The translations under genes and the position numbers were made by a program. Under the pieces are notes generated by a model. It saw only the letters and a list, made by a program, of their open reading frames with translations. It was not told the origin of the DNA and did not search any database. Positions 12,010 through 24,015 of a stretch of DNA of 64,000 nt are shown piece by piece. Positions within the stretch are counted from its first letter, which is position 1. Each line of letters begins with the position of its first letter. This stretch comes from Octopus bimaculoides. Lineage: Eukaryota. Location of the stretch: the NCBI RefSeq assembly GCF_001194135.2, contig NC_069004.1:17228743-17292742 (forward strand), written 5' to 3'.

Positions 12010-12650
12010 TTTCTTCTTCTTCTTCTTCTTCTTCTTCTTCTTCTTCTTCTTCTAATGTCCATTTTCCATGCTGGCATGGGTTGGATGGCTTAACAGGTGA
12101 TGGCCAGCTGGAGAGCTTCCCAGGCTTCATGTCTGCTTTGGCCTGGTTTCTATGGTTGGATTCCCTTCCTAACTGCAACCACTTTACTGAGTGTACTGGA
12201 TGCTTTTATGCAGCACTGGCATGGATGCATTTACATGGCACTGGTACATGTGCTTTTATTGTGGCACCAACACCCACAAACCCGCAAGATTAGGATTGCT
12301 CAGCTGGAGAGGGATGCAGGGGACATACCAGTATGCAAGGACAACCATGATTTTACTCTGCTTGACATGTCTTCTCAAGAACAGCTAACCACCAGAAGTC
12401 TCAGTTCCTTGTCATCCCCTCTGTGAATTTCAACATCTAAAGATCCCTTCTCACCACTTTGTCCCATGTCTTCCTGGGTTTACTTTTTCTGTATGTTCCC
12501 TCCACAATTAGAGATCAGCACCTCTTGATGCAACTATCTTTATTCTTATGCATCACATGACTATACCAGCACAGTCTTTTCTCTTGTACACTACATCTTA
12601 TGCCTCATATTTCCAGTTTTCCTCTCAAATCACTTATACTCTCAAAATGG
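12010..12650 (-). mobile_element. RTE LINE 3' end (C-terminus, 3' UTR, (GAA)n tail)
   Basis: The minus strand at 12420-12620 aligns, with frameshifts, to the RTE C-terminal LRWYGHV.RM...RGRP.KTWDEVVRKDL region. It continues into the same 3' UTR seen in the SINE tails, with a (TTC)n tract at 12010-12052. Confidence 0.75.
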
Positions 12651-13497
12651 TAACATGTGATACAGAGGAAATCTGGCTGTTATTTCTAGCATATCAAGCA
12701 ACCATTATGGTGACTCGTACATTGATATGATTTTCTAAAAGAATGAATAGAATAGAGTAATATTTATGATATAGTATGATTTAGAGGATCCCATAGTGTA
12801 ACAGTTTTTTTTATATAATACAACAAGCATCAGTATGGATCTTAAATTATAGTTTAAAAAATTCATGATCCTCCAATTCACAATGGAGCATCATGTGAGA
12901 GCCACTGATGTAAAAAAGATATTTTATAGGTCTAGCATAACCCATGATGGATCTAATGTATCGTTTGTACCCTGTTATTGTCTGAGTTTTGGCATTGGTC
13001 AAACGTAGGACCTGTGAAGGCTCAAGGCATGTTAGTGTTGTTTTACATTTTATGTTGATTCTATAAAAGAGTCAAGTGACAAGAAAGGCCTAATTATGAA
13101 AGCAAAAAAAAAAAAAAAAGACAGACAATGGTTATTAGTAAAACAGAACAAATGGAAATATAAAAATGTTCTGCTCACTTTATACCTTTAATGCTGTGTG
13201 GAATATAAGATACCTTACTTGGAAAAAGAGGTAAAGATTAGTGTTAGAAAGGGCATCTGGCTGTAAGACAATGTTTAAATGACATATCTAACCCATGCAA
13301 GCATGAAGAAATGGGGAAACAAATGAATGAATGTACATATGAATAGTTGCAGTTTGATGAGCTGTTGTCAGTTAGACTTCGAAGTTACTGTTACCTTGTA
13401 TTTTGCGTCTATAAAATATTTAGAATCTACACTTCTATTGAGTTCTTAAAGTTTTTTTTGTTTTTAAAGCTGCTTATAAACATGCACTCGAAGTGTA

Positions 13498-13541
<44 letters not shown>

Positions 13542-13681
13542 TTATGAGCGATAGTGGTGTCAATTAGACCCAGAGGTTTCAGGTAATGCTGAGCAAGTGC
13601 TATGGATAGACCATAGTTAAGCTCCAGGTTCGGTTATTATGCGAATAAGGGGTCCAACGTAGGTTATATATCAGCTTGTGA

Positions 13682-14023
13682 ATATAAGGATTTACTTTTC
13701 GTAATGAGATAAAAAACCAAGGTTGTGTATATTTTCCAATACCTTCAGGTATTGGAATCTTATACGTGTACCATTCTGCCTAAACAATGGATTTACAAAT
13801 ACAATATCCACGCATATCTCACATCTATTTTCGTTCCTTCAATTCACTCTCTATTTCCTATCTTATCTAAATTAACTGTTGCTTAACCATCCTCTCACAC
13901 TGCCTCCGATGAAGGGATATAATAAATATCCTGGAAACAGCTGTAAGACCTTCTATTTATAAATGTTCTAAAATATACACAGCCTTGGTTTTTTATCTCA
14001 TTATGAAAAGTAAATCCTTATAT
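13682..14023. mobile_element. Penelope-like terminus with 54-bp inverted arms (13682-13735 / 13970-14023, 52/54 identical)
   Basis: Left arm atataaggatttacttttcgtaatgagataaaaaaccaaggttgtgtatatttt against the reverse complement of the right arm. A hammerhead-like motif lies inside. Confidence 0.7.
13903..13948 (+). ncRNA. Minimal type I hammerhead ribozyme-like motif with a U4C core substitution
   Basis: CCGATGA (13906-13912), A, stem II GGGATAT/ATATCCT, G, GAAA (13934-13937), palindromic ACAGCTGT, triplet GTA. Confidence 0.6.
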
Positions 14024-14034
14024 ATATATATCTT

Positions 14035-14430
14035 TTATCTTTGGTTTTAGTCATTAGACTGTGACCATGCTGGGGCACCAACTTGAAGAATTTTTAATCA
14101 AATCAATCTACCCCAGTACTTTTTTAAGCCTCGTACTTATTCTATTGATCACTTTTACCGAACCATCAAGTTATGGGGATGTAAACACACCAACACTACA
14201 ACAGTTGTCAAGTGGTGGTGGTGGGGGACAAACAGGCACAAAGACACACACACACACACACACAAATATGATGGGCTTCTTTTAGTTTCCTTCTACTACA
14301 TTCACTCATAAGGCTTAGTTGGCTAAAGGCTATAGTAGAATACACTTGCCCAAGGTGCCACACAGTGGGACTGAACCCAGACTCATGTAGTTGTGAAGCA
14401 AGCTTCTTACCACACAGCCACACCTGCATT
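14035..14430 (-). mobile_element. SINE family B
   Basis: Full set of family B modules. Confidence 0.9.
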
Positions 14431-15659
14431 TATACACACATACACACACCTGTTGTGTGTTACTGCTACAATAGCTTCATATTTCCACATCATTAACTTT
14501 GGCTATTATTTTTATTGGATTATTACCTAATAGACTGTAACTGTTCTCCTATTCTAATACACGCACACACACACACACATACAGGCACACACTCGCATGC
14601 ACGTGTACACTTGAGTGTATAAATGACATTGAATGATGAGAAAGAGCATTCAACGCATAACAGCAGAATTTATTTGTTTATTCAAAGCTAATGCTTCATT
14701 ATTGCTCTGGAAAGCATGAAACTTTGATATCTAATCATCATCAACATCTTCCTCATTTTCCTGCATCCTTTTCCTTGTTTGTGTGGGTTGGATGTATTCA
14801 AAAACAGTCTCACATCCTGCCACTCTCCATTGTCACCTGGCATACACAAGGACAGTAATAATAGAAGTGTTATTTTTGTTTTTGTTTCCAAGGTTTTTAC
14901 ACCTGTATGTTCTTCAAATCACCGTCTACTGATTGGGGAATATGTAATTACATAGGGGCAACACAAAACAGATTGTCTATAGCTTGTGTAAGGTGTCCCC
15001 TTATATCCTGTATAAATTTCTGTTTGAGATTACTGCTCTCCTAGACTGGTCACCTCTAATGTGACATACAGAATCAACATCTCTTCCATTTTACTTCTCA
15101 AATACATGGTTCCAGGTTCAGTCCCACCACATGGCACCTTGGGCAAGTATCTTCTACTATGGCTCCAGGCTGACCAAAACCTTGTGAGTGGATTTGGTAA
15201 GCAGAAACTAAGAAGCTTGTCATATTTATATATATATATATATNNNNNNNNNNNNNNNNNNNNNNNNNNNNNNNNNNNNNNNNNNNNNNNNNNNNNNNNN
15301 NNNNNNNNNNNNNNNNNNNNNNNNNNNNNNNNNNNNNNNNNNNNNNNNNNNNNNNNNNNNNNNNNNNNNNNNNNNNNNNNNNNNNNNNNNNNNNNNNNNN
15401 NNNNNNNNNNNNNNNNNNNNNNNNNNNNNNNNNNNNNNNNNNNNNNNNNNNNNNNNNNNNNNNNNNNNNNNNNNNNNNNNNNNNNNNNNNNNNNNNNNNN
15501 NNNNNNNNNNNNNNNNNNNNNNNNNNNNNNNNNNNNNNNNNNNNNNNNNNNNNNNNNNNNNNNNNNNNNNNNNNNNNNNNNNATATATATATATATATAT
15601 AATTGTAGCGTGGAAGGTGTTTATAAGCCATTTAAAATAACACACAAAAACTGTTTGTA

Positions 15660-16250
15660 TATGTGTGGAGACAGCCAAAAGAAGCATTTGACCCAGACTG
15701 CCTTCTTCCAACTGTTAAACATGGAGGAGGATCTGTGATTATCTGGTGGGGCTATATCTTGGAAATCTGCTGGCCCAATGGTTTCCCTTCATGGCAGAAT
15801 TAATAGTCAAGACTATTTAAGCATTTTATCTGATCAAATTTATCTTATGGTTGCGGAACTGTTTCTGGAGAGAAGCGCAATCTTTCAGGTTGATAATGCA
15901 CCAATTCACACAGTTAAAATTGTTACTGAATGGCACGAGGAACATTCTAGTGAAGTTGAACATCTTATCTGGCCACCACATTCCCCAGATCTCAAAGTTA
16001 TTGAACATTTATGGTGCATTTTAGAAAAACAGGTAAGGAGTCAATATCCTACACCATCATCACTGAAAGAACTGGAGACTGTTTCAACTGAAGAATGGAG
16101 AAAAATTCTTTTGGAAACAAATTCAAACTTTGTATGAGTCCATATGTCATAGAATTCAAGCTATAATTACTGCCAAAGGCAGCCCTACCCCATATTAAAA
16201 TAAATTTGTTTTTAATTTTAAGGTGTTTCCATTATTTTGTTCAACCCCTG
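15660..16250 (+). pseudogene. Tc1-family transposase 3' half with right terminal repeat
   Basis: VKHGGGSVII...GPMVSLHGRINSQDYLSIL...FQVDNAPIHT...WPPHSPDLKVIEHLW...IQAIITAKGSPTPY. It ends ttgttcaacccCTG followed by TA at 16251. Confidence 0.92.
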
Positions 16251-16287
16251 TATATATATATATATAAATATATATATATATACTTTT

Positions 16288-16491
16288 ATTTAAAATGCAG
16301 AGATGCCTATAATAGGACATCTAACCCGCTAGAAATAGTAGCAAAATACTACATACCACAAAATTAGGGATAATTTCGAAAGGGAATGAAAAATAAATTT
16401 CGAAATTATCCCTAATTTTGTGGTATGTAGTATTTTGCTACTATTTCTAGCGGGTTAGATGTCCTATTATAGGCATCTCTGCATTTTAAAT
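16288..16491. repeat. Perfect inverted repeat: 94-bp arms (16288-16381 / 16398-16491), 16-nt spacer
   Basis: Checked base by base: all 94 positions are complementary. Confidence 0.97.
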
Positions 16492-16587
16492 GAATAATAC
16501 ATAGTCTATTAACTGTTTTTTACTCTCGCTAGACCACTGGTGGTAAATAAAATTTTTAAAATTTTTTTGCTACCCTGTAATTTATTA

Positions 16588-16619
<32 letters not shown>

Positions 16620-16639
16620 GAATGTATATATATATATAT

Positions 16640-17125
16640 TGTCATCATCATCATTGTTTAATGTCCACTTTTGCATGCTTGCATAGGTCAGATGGAATTT
16701 GTTGAGGTGAAATTTTCTATGGCTAGAGGCCCTTCCTATTACCAATTCTCACCTGTTTTCAAATAAGGTAATATTTCTCCATAAATAAACATATTTTCTT
16801 GTAAGATTGTAAATGAAAGATGCAGCTTCTATTATGATGACACATATTTAATAGCTATCATGTGAAGTTAAAACAAAGGGGCAACATCACACACACAAAG
16901 CATACACTCTTGCATGCTCACACACATTTACACACACACACACACACACACACATACACATTACAGGTTTCTTTCAGTTTCTGTCTACCAAATCCGCTCA
17001 CAAGGTTTTCATTGGCCTGGGGCTATAGTCAAAGACACTTACCCAAAGGGCTATATGCAGTGGAAGTTAATCTGAAACCACATGGTTGGGAAGCCAGCTT
17101 CTTACCATACAGCCACACCTCCACC
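16640..17125 (-). mobile_element. SINE variant F (B head, (CA)n, RTE-derived tail)
   Basis: Head at 16965-17125 and tail at 16640-16860 are homologous to 5150-5545 and 23070-23455. Confidence 0.8.
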
Positions 17126-17613
17126 TATACATGCATACATATATACATACATAAATACATACATACACACACACACACATCATAATTGCTTGAAATGCAG
17201 AGTAGATAAAATGGCCGATAACTGATGAAGGGTCGTTCTTTATGTCTTGCTTTCCATTTGTTTCTTTCATTGTTCACAAAAAGGTTTATATTCCATGTTT
17301 TCATATTTTGTATTTCATGTTGTTTATATTCTATGAGGTCCTGTACCTATATATGTAAGTATGTACATATATGTATATATATATGCATATATATATATAT
17401 TATATTATTATATATATAATATTATTAAGTTTGAAAATAGAGAGATCTAATGGATACAAATTAATTTATTAATTAATTAACATCTTCATATACACTTGTT
17501 TCATTTTGCATCCAATTTAAACTACAAAACATATACAAATATATAATCCAGTGTATCTTGGATAAAATATCCATATAAGAGGTCTAAATATCCTCATAGT
17601 GACNNNNNNNNNN

Positions 17614-18062
17614 GGCAAGGCAAACATCTCAAGTCATACACAGTATTATTATAGGAAGAAATTTAAAATCTTACTGCTGTTTTTGGGATATCCCCAAGTA
17701 TGGGATATTCTGTCATCAGAGACAAATAGGGGAAAAAAAGAAAAAATAGATCCATGAGCGTAAGTCCTTAGGTGCAATCCTGTGTATATCCATGTGGGTT
17801 GGATCTATGCAGGATTGCACCTCAGGACTCATGCTCTGGTTCCTATAACTTCGAAAAGTTGAACTATGAACTCTTATGCGAGTTTTTTCTTCTTTCTTTC
17901 AATCTCCTTATTCTTTTACTACCTTCCTCTATGTTGTCACCTCATTAATATATACCATTCTCATTTTCCCTATTTTTTCCCTGTTTTTCCCAGAAACAGC
18001 TGTAAGATTTTAAATTTCTTCCTATAATAATATTGTATATGACTTGAGATGTTTGCCTTGCC
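17614..18062. mobile_element. Penelope-like inverted terminal structure, 74-bp arms (17614-17687 / 17989-18062, 70/74 identical)
   Basis: The arms contain the GAAACAGCTGTAAGA hammerhead 3' half. The minus strand of 17668-17722 reads tctCTGATGAc-AGAATATCCC-atactt-GGGGATATCC-cAAAAACAGCAGTAaga. Confidence 0.7.
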
Positions 18063-18231
18063 TTAATGTTTGCTGTCCTGCTTAACAATTGTATATCCAC
18101 TGCATTGGAAATCTGCAATCACTCCATAACTACTGCCTCGGCCCATAACCTTGGAGACCTAGTAATCGATTACAGCACTTACCTAGTGTACCTAATTGTT
18201 TAGATAAACTGTGAACCAAGCGCCCATACTT

Positions 18232-18268
<37 letters not shown>

Positions 18269-18414
18269 NNNNNNNNNNNNNNNNNNNNNNNNNNNNNNNN
18301 NNNNNNNNNNNNNNNNNNNNNTATATTTGTTTATGTATGTATTTATATTATCTTAGTTGAAAAACTTCGATAAGGTAAATATGTTAATAGTTACCAGGGT
18401 AGCATTCAAAAGGA

Positions 18415-18506
18415 TGGTTCCCTGAAGAGAAAATTACATTTATAAAAACAGCTTTTATTTCTTTGGAATAGAGTGCATGTAATTTTCGAAACATGTGTCG
18501 GAATTA
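18415..18506 (+). ncRNA. Type I hammerhead ribozyme, canonical core intact
   Basis: Stem I TGGTTCC(18415-21)/GGAATTA(18500-06); CTGAAGA 18422-28; perfect 11-bp stem II GAAAATTACAT(18429-39)/ATGTAATTTTC(18477-87); GAAA 18488-91; stem III A-U and C-G closing loop ATGT; GTC triplet 18497-99. Confidence 0.8.
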
Positions 18507-18645
18507 AAGGAACTTATTTATTATATACGTTTTGCTCCATTTATTCTTGATTATATATATATATATATGTATATATATTAATTAACAGAGTGAGATAAAA
18601 AAATCCAAGGCTGTGAAAGTTTTCAGAACATTTATAAAGAGAAGG

Positions 18646-18691
18646 TCTTACAACTGTTTCCAGGATATTTTACATATCCCTTCATCAGAGA
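18646..18691 (-). ncRNA. Minimal type I hammerhead ribozyme-like motif, core intact
   Basis: Minus strand: TCT-CTGATGA-A-GGGATAT-gtaaa-ATATCCT-G-GAAA-C-AGTT-GTA-AGA. Sister of the motif at 13903-13948. Confidence 0.65.
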
Positions 18692-18744
18692 TGGTGGGAG
18701 AAAATGTTTAAGTAATAGTTATTATAGAGAAGATATTCTTTTAT

Positions 18745-19175
18745 TCTTTTATTTGTTTCAGTCATTTGACTGCAGTCATGCTGGAGCAGCACCTTTAGTT
18801 GAACTAATCGACCCCAGGACTTATTCTTTGTAAGCCTGGTACNNNNNNNNNNTTAGTTGAACTAATCGACCCCAGGACTTATTCTTTGTAAGCCTGGTAC
18901 TTATTCTATTGGTCTCTTTTGCTGAACTGCTAAGTTATGGGGATGTAAACACACCAGCATCAAGTGATGGTGGGGGGACAAACACAGACACACAAACACA
19001 TACACACATATATGACGGGCTTCTTTCAGTTTCTGTCTACCAAATCCACTCACAAGGCTTTGGTCAGCCAAAGGCTATAGTAGAAGACACTTGCCCAAGA
19101 TGCCACACAGTAGGACTGAACCCGGAAACATGTGGTTGGTAAGCAAGCTACTTAGTACAGAGCCACTCCTGCGCC
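18745..19175 (-). mobile_element. SINE family B (contains an 11-N gap with a duplicated 48-mer)
   Basis: Family B modules. Confidence 0.9.
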
Positions 19176-19334
19176 TATAATATATATATATATCCATATG
19201 CTTGTGTATACATTTAAACATTTATGCAAGTATGTACTTGCATATTGTAAGTGCATTAAATGGTAAGAAATTCTCATTGGTGTGTACATTCATACATGTG
19301 CTAATGTTTGTAATATGTGTCAGGATGTATAGAT

Positions 19335-19393
<59 letters not shown>

Positions 19394-19764
19394 TGTAAAT
19401 GTGTGTGTGTGTGTGTGTGCTTGAACATGCATGTAAATTCACTAAGTTTGTATGGTCTATTTGAATCCTGTCAGTTCATTAGTTGTTAACATTAAGGACA
19501 AATGTTAATTATTGATTAACTGAAGACTGTATGAAAGATTTCATAGAAAAGATAAAGTAACATGAGCTTACACTGTTCGTTTGTACCAAATGAACCAACC
19601 AGCATCAACATATCACTAAACAAACACCAACACCAACCAATGTCCACTTAGTATCAACCAACACCAACCAATGTCCACTTACAGAACTAAACAGGGTGAA
19701 AACCATGTGGACCACTGTGAGTAATATTTTTTGGCACTGGTACTTTTGGTTTACTTTTCTTTTC

Positions 19765-20150
19765 TTTTTCTTGTTTCAGTCATTAGATTGCGGCCATGCT
19801 GGGGCACCACCTTAAAGAATTTTTAGTCAAATGTATTGACACCAGTACTTATTTATTTTTGAAAGCCTGATACTTATTCTAGCTGTCTCTTTTGCTGAAC
19901 CACTAATTTACAGGGACGTCAAGTGGTGACAGTGGGGGGAGATAAACACACACACACACACACACACACGCGCACACACACATGTACCCCATGGGCTTCT
20001 CTCACTTTCTGTCTACTAAATCCACTCACAAGGCTTTGGTTGGCCCAAGGCCATAGTAGAAGACACTTGCCCAAGGTGCCACAGAGTGGAACTAAACCTG
20101 GAACCATGTGGTTGGGAAGTAAGCATCTTACCACACAGCCACATCTGCAT
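19765..20150 (-). mobile_element. SINE family B
   Basis: Family B modules. Confidence 0.88.
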
Positions 20151-20514
20151 CTATCAATAATTTTCTTTTGTATCAGAGCAGTAAAAACATCGAAGTCAAT
20201 ATTTTTCCGACAAAAATAAGGCTTAGTGTCTATGAATATTCAACATTGGTATGGATGTGGTTCCTTGAAAGTGACCTTGTTAACCATTATGCATATTTTG
20301 GCACTTAGCTGGGATCACTGGTTCTCAAACAGATGAATACTAGCAACTCTCTTTCCTCACCCCACCCAATATCATTGAAATATTTTGCTCCCTGCTTTCT
20401 TCCCTCTTTCTTAACAAGAAGACAAAATAAAGTTTCCATCATAGTAAGCCTTCTTCCATCTTCACCGTGAGGTTGAGTACGTTTAAAAGTTTAAAGCCAT
20501 TTTGAATTTATTAA

Positions 20515-20925
20515 CCCTCTAGCATCATTCAGATTATTCTGTGAAATGTAATGCTTATTTAATTACATTGTTTTTTAATTAATCATGCTTTATCTTGTAG
20601 CTTCAAGATTTTAATGATGTAATTGTTTATTTTTAGAATGACATTGTAGGGTAGGTGTGAGAGGCAAAATCTGAACATAAAACAAGTAGAATATTTAGGT
20701 TCAAAAGGCGGAAAGCTGGCAGAAACATTAGCATGCCAGGCAAAATGCTTAGCTGTATTTTGTCTGTCTTTACATTCTGAGTTCAAATTCCACCGAGGTC
20801 GACTTTGCCTTTCCTCCTTTCAGGGTCGATAAATTAAGTACCAGTTATATACTAAGGTCGATCTAATCAGCTGGCCCCCTCGCCTAGAGTAGAAATGAAT
20901 ATTTAGGTTCAAGATGTCCAATTTA
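20515..20925. mobile_element. piggyBac-type MITE (reverse orientation) interrupted by a family A SINE (20705-20896)
   Basis: TTAA-CCCT at 20511-20518. The SINE is flanked by a 16-bp TSD gaatatttaggttcaa (20689-20704 and 20897-20912). Confidence 0.85.
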
Positions 20926-21234
20926 AATGTAATTTGTCTGCTCCATTTTCCATCCTCTCAGTCTTCTTAAGAAACACTGTGATAATGCCTCAATTTCATT
21001 AAAAAGATTTTATTCACAGAAGAACAAGTAAAGCAATGTGTAGAATGCAATTTTTTCTGCTTCAGAATAAAACATGGTGTTTATTTTTGTATGTTTTTCT
21101 CTTTACATTGTTTTATTTTTTTTTATTTAGATTTGTTTAATGTGTATTATGTTTTTCTGTTGGGTGTTGTGGGATCACTCAGTGGTGGCACAGACTCTGA
21201 CTACACCAACTTATTAACTTAACACTAACCAGAA

Positions 21235-21500
21235 TTGCCCAACACAAGTGAGTGGATTTAGTAGAAGGAAACTGAAAGAAATCCTCTTGTCTTGATATCA
21301 GGGTGATTGTTGTACATGAATATTGTTCATTTGCAATATTCTGCAAAAACATGTCTGGCCATGGGATAATATTACCTTGCTTGGAAAGAGGCAAGGGTTG
21401 GTGGCAGGAAGAGCATTCAACTGTAGAAAATCTGCCTCGATGCACTCTGTCCAACTCATGCAAGCATGGAAGAGTGGATATTAAAACAATGATGGTGATA
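21235..21500 (+). mobile_element. SINE variant F, centre plus RTE-derived tail
   Basis: gtgagtggatttagtagaaggaaactgaaagaa...caagcatggaagagtggatattaaaacaatgatg. Confidence 0.75.
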
Positions 21501-22374
21501 ATTCAAGCAGTTATTCAATGTATAAGCGTTTTTAATTTGCCTTGAAAAAAGGACACACAAGACAACAGAGTTCAAGATACTCTTAAAAAGGTGAAATGGT
21601 CATAGTTGGAATATATTTGACCAGAGCTCTACTTGATCTGGAGCTAAACATCAACAGAAAGGACCAAAAAACATCAACCAGTACCAGTCAGCAGGGAACT
21701 GATACAGGGTTACTATACTCACAAGAAAGAGCAAGCACATCACTTCTTAATGGGGAAGAAACATTGGATAATGTTGTCTTAGATATACCTAAACAAAAAA
21801 AAAAGAAAGAAAGAAAAGATGGATCTACCAAGGCAGGAACATCTTTGATCAAAGATTTGCTCAATCAGAATTAGGGATGACACATCAACACCAAAAATAT
21901 TATCAGCACCATCACCACCATCAATAACAAATATACATCAACCAGCTTCAACCAACACCAGCAACAAAAATGAAACTTCTAGGTGGTTGCTCAGTCAGCT
22001 AGAAATAGCAGTGAAATTTCTCTGAAACTTATATATAGGGAGGACAAATTGGATAATAATGTAGTCATAGCTATGAGTAAAGCAAGGGATGGTCATAACT
22101 GGAATGCACAACCATTGCTGACCTAGGGTTAAATAACTAAGACAGCAAACACCAGCCATCAGTGCTATCTTAAGGCATGGGCATGTTGGGCAGTTGCTTG
22201 GGCCCCCTCTCCCACCACCACCGGGTCTGTGTAAGATGTGGTTGTGTATGCATGAGCCCAGGGCCCTACAATACTGTTATGAAGCCTCTACCAGCCATTA
22301 CATTTGCAGTAAGAAATCTATAGAAACAAATACATTTGCGACAGTAATGACAACAACAATGATAACAATGATTT

Positions 22375-22580
22375 CAAATTTTGGCACAAATCCAGCAAGT
22401 TTGGGGGAGGGGGTAAGTCAATTGCATTGGCCCCAGTGCACAACTGGTACTCATTTTATCGATTCTGAACAGACAAAAGGTAAAATCAACCTCAATGGAA
22501 TTTGAACTCAAAATGTAAAGATGGATGAAGTGCCATTAAACATTTTTCTCGGCATGCTAATGATTCCGCATGCTCACCAC
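22375..22580 (-). mobile_element. SINE family A
   Basis: The reverse complement matches family A (aatttgaactcaaaatgtaaag...actggtac). Confidence 0.82.
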
Positions 22581-23069
22581 TTAAATAACAATAATGATTT
22601 CTTTTAACAACAACAACAACAAATAATAATAATAATAATGATAATTATTATTATTATTATTATTATCACTTCATTTATTAGCCGCTAAAGTCAAAATAAT
22701 AATAATAATAGTCACAATGTAACTGATTGAATATCAATATTTAATCAGTTCGTTAACATAACTAGTCAATTAATCTTTTTCCTTACTCAAAGTAATTTCA
22801 TAAGCACTTTAAGATTTCTATATTGATATGTATTGGCTGGTACTAGAACTGGTTGGAACTGGTTGGTACTGGTTGGTGTTGGTAAATCAGCAGAATCAGA
22901 AAAAATACTGGACAACATTCCTTGTGGCATTTAGCTGTGTTCCTTTATATTCTGGTTTCAAATCTGTCTGTGGTCAAAAGAATAAACCATAATCATTGCC
23001 TTGTGATTGGATATCAATACTGATATACAACTGATTGAATAATAATAATAATAATAATAATAATCATCA

Positions 23070-23455
23070 TCATCATCATAATTATTTAACATCCACATTT
23101 CCATGTTTGAATGAGTCAGACAGAATTTATTGAAGCAGGTTTTTTCTATGGCTGGATGCTCTTCCTGTCACCAACTATCACCTGTTTCCAAGCAAGGTAA
23201 TATTTCCTCACGACCAGACATGTTCTTGAAGAATATTGGAAATGAATGACTCTGCTTGCATGACAGGGACACTCCTTTACATCTGTTTTACAATGTCAAG
23301 ACAAGGACACACATACACGACAGACTTTTTTCGTTTCCATCTCTCAAATCCATTCATAGCCTGGGACTATAGTAGAAAACACTCACCCAAGATTCCACAC
23401 AGTGGGACTGAACCGGGAACCATGTCATTGGGAAGCAAATCACACAGCTACACCT
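23070..23455 (-). mobile_element. SINE variant F
   Basis: Head 23330-23455, tail 23070-23300, (ATC)n end. Confidence 0.8.
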
Positions 23456-23807
23456 ATATTTAATTAGTCATTTAATATTTAATTAATTTGGTAACATAAA
23501 CTTTAACACCTCTTATCATAATTCTATTTAATATTTCAGGATTTTAATATTGATAAGTTTTACGCTCTGAGTTGAAAATTTACTCAACAAGATGTGTACG
23601 TGTGTGTCTGTATGGGTGTGTGTGTGTGTGCGTGTGTGTGTGTGTGTGTGATGTATGGGGTATGCATATTTTTGTGTGTTTGATGCATAGGTATGTGTCA
23701 GTGGAAGTGGCAGTAGTAGTAGTGGTAGTGGTGGTGGTGGTGATGGTGGTGGTAGTGGTGGCAGTAATTGTAGACATAGTAGGAGTAGTAGTAGCAATAA
23801 TTCTTTC

Positions 23808-24015
23808 TATTGGAAGTACAAGGCCTTGAACTTGGGGGAAGGGATTAAGTCAATTATATTGACCCCAGTGTGTAACTGGTACTTATTTAAGTGACCCCGA
23901 AAGGATGAAAAGCAAAGTTGACCTCAGCAGAATTTGAACTCAGAATGTAGCGACAGACAAAATACTGCTAGGCATTTCACCCGGCATGTTAATAATTCTG
24001 CCAGCTTTCCACGTT
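23808..24015 (-). mobile_element. SINE family A
   Basis: gtgtaactggtacttatttaagtgaccccgaaaggatgaaaagcaaagttgacctcagcagaatttgaactcagaatgtagcg. Confidence 0.88.

Noticed and set aside
18795-18900. 48-bp direct repeat across an 11-N gap
   Set aside because: Identical copies flanking a gap indicate an unmerged contig overlap.
21560-21800. Possible R4/Dong fragment (GEETLDNVV resembling ETIDHIV)
   Set aside because: Similarity is too weak to list as a supported feature.
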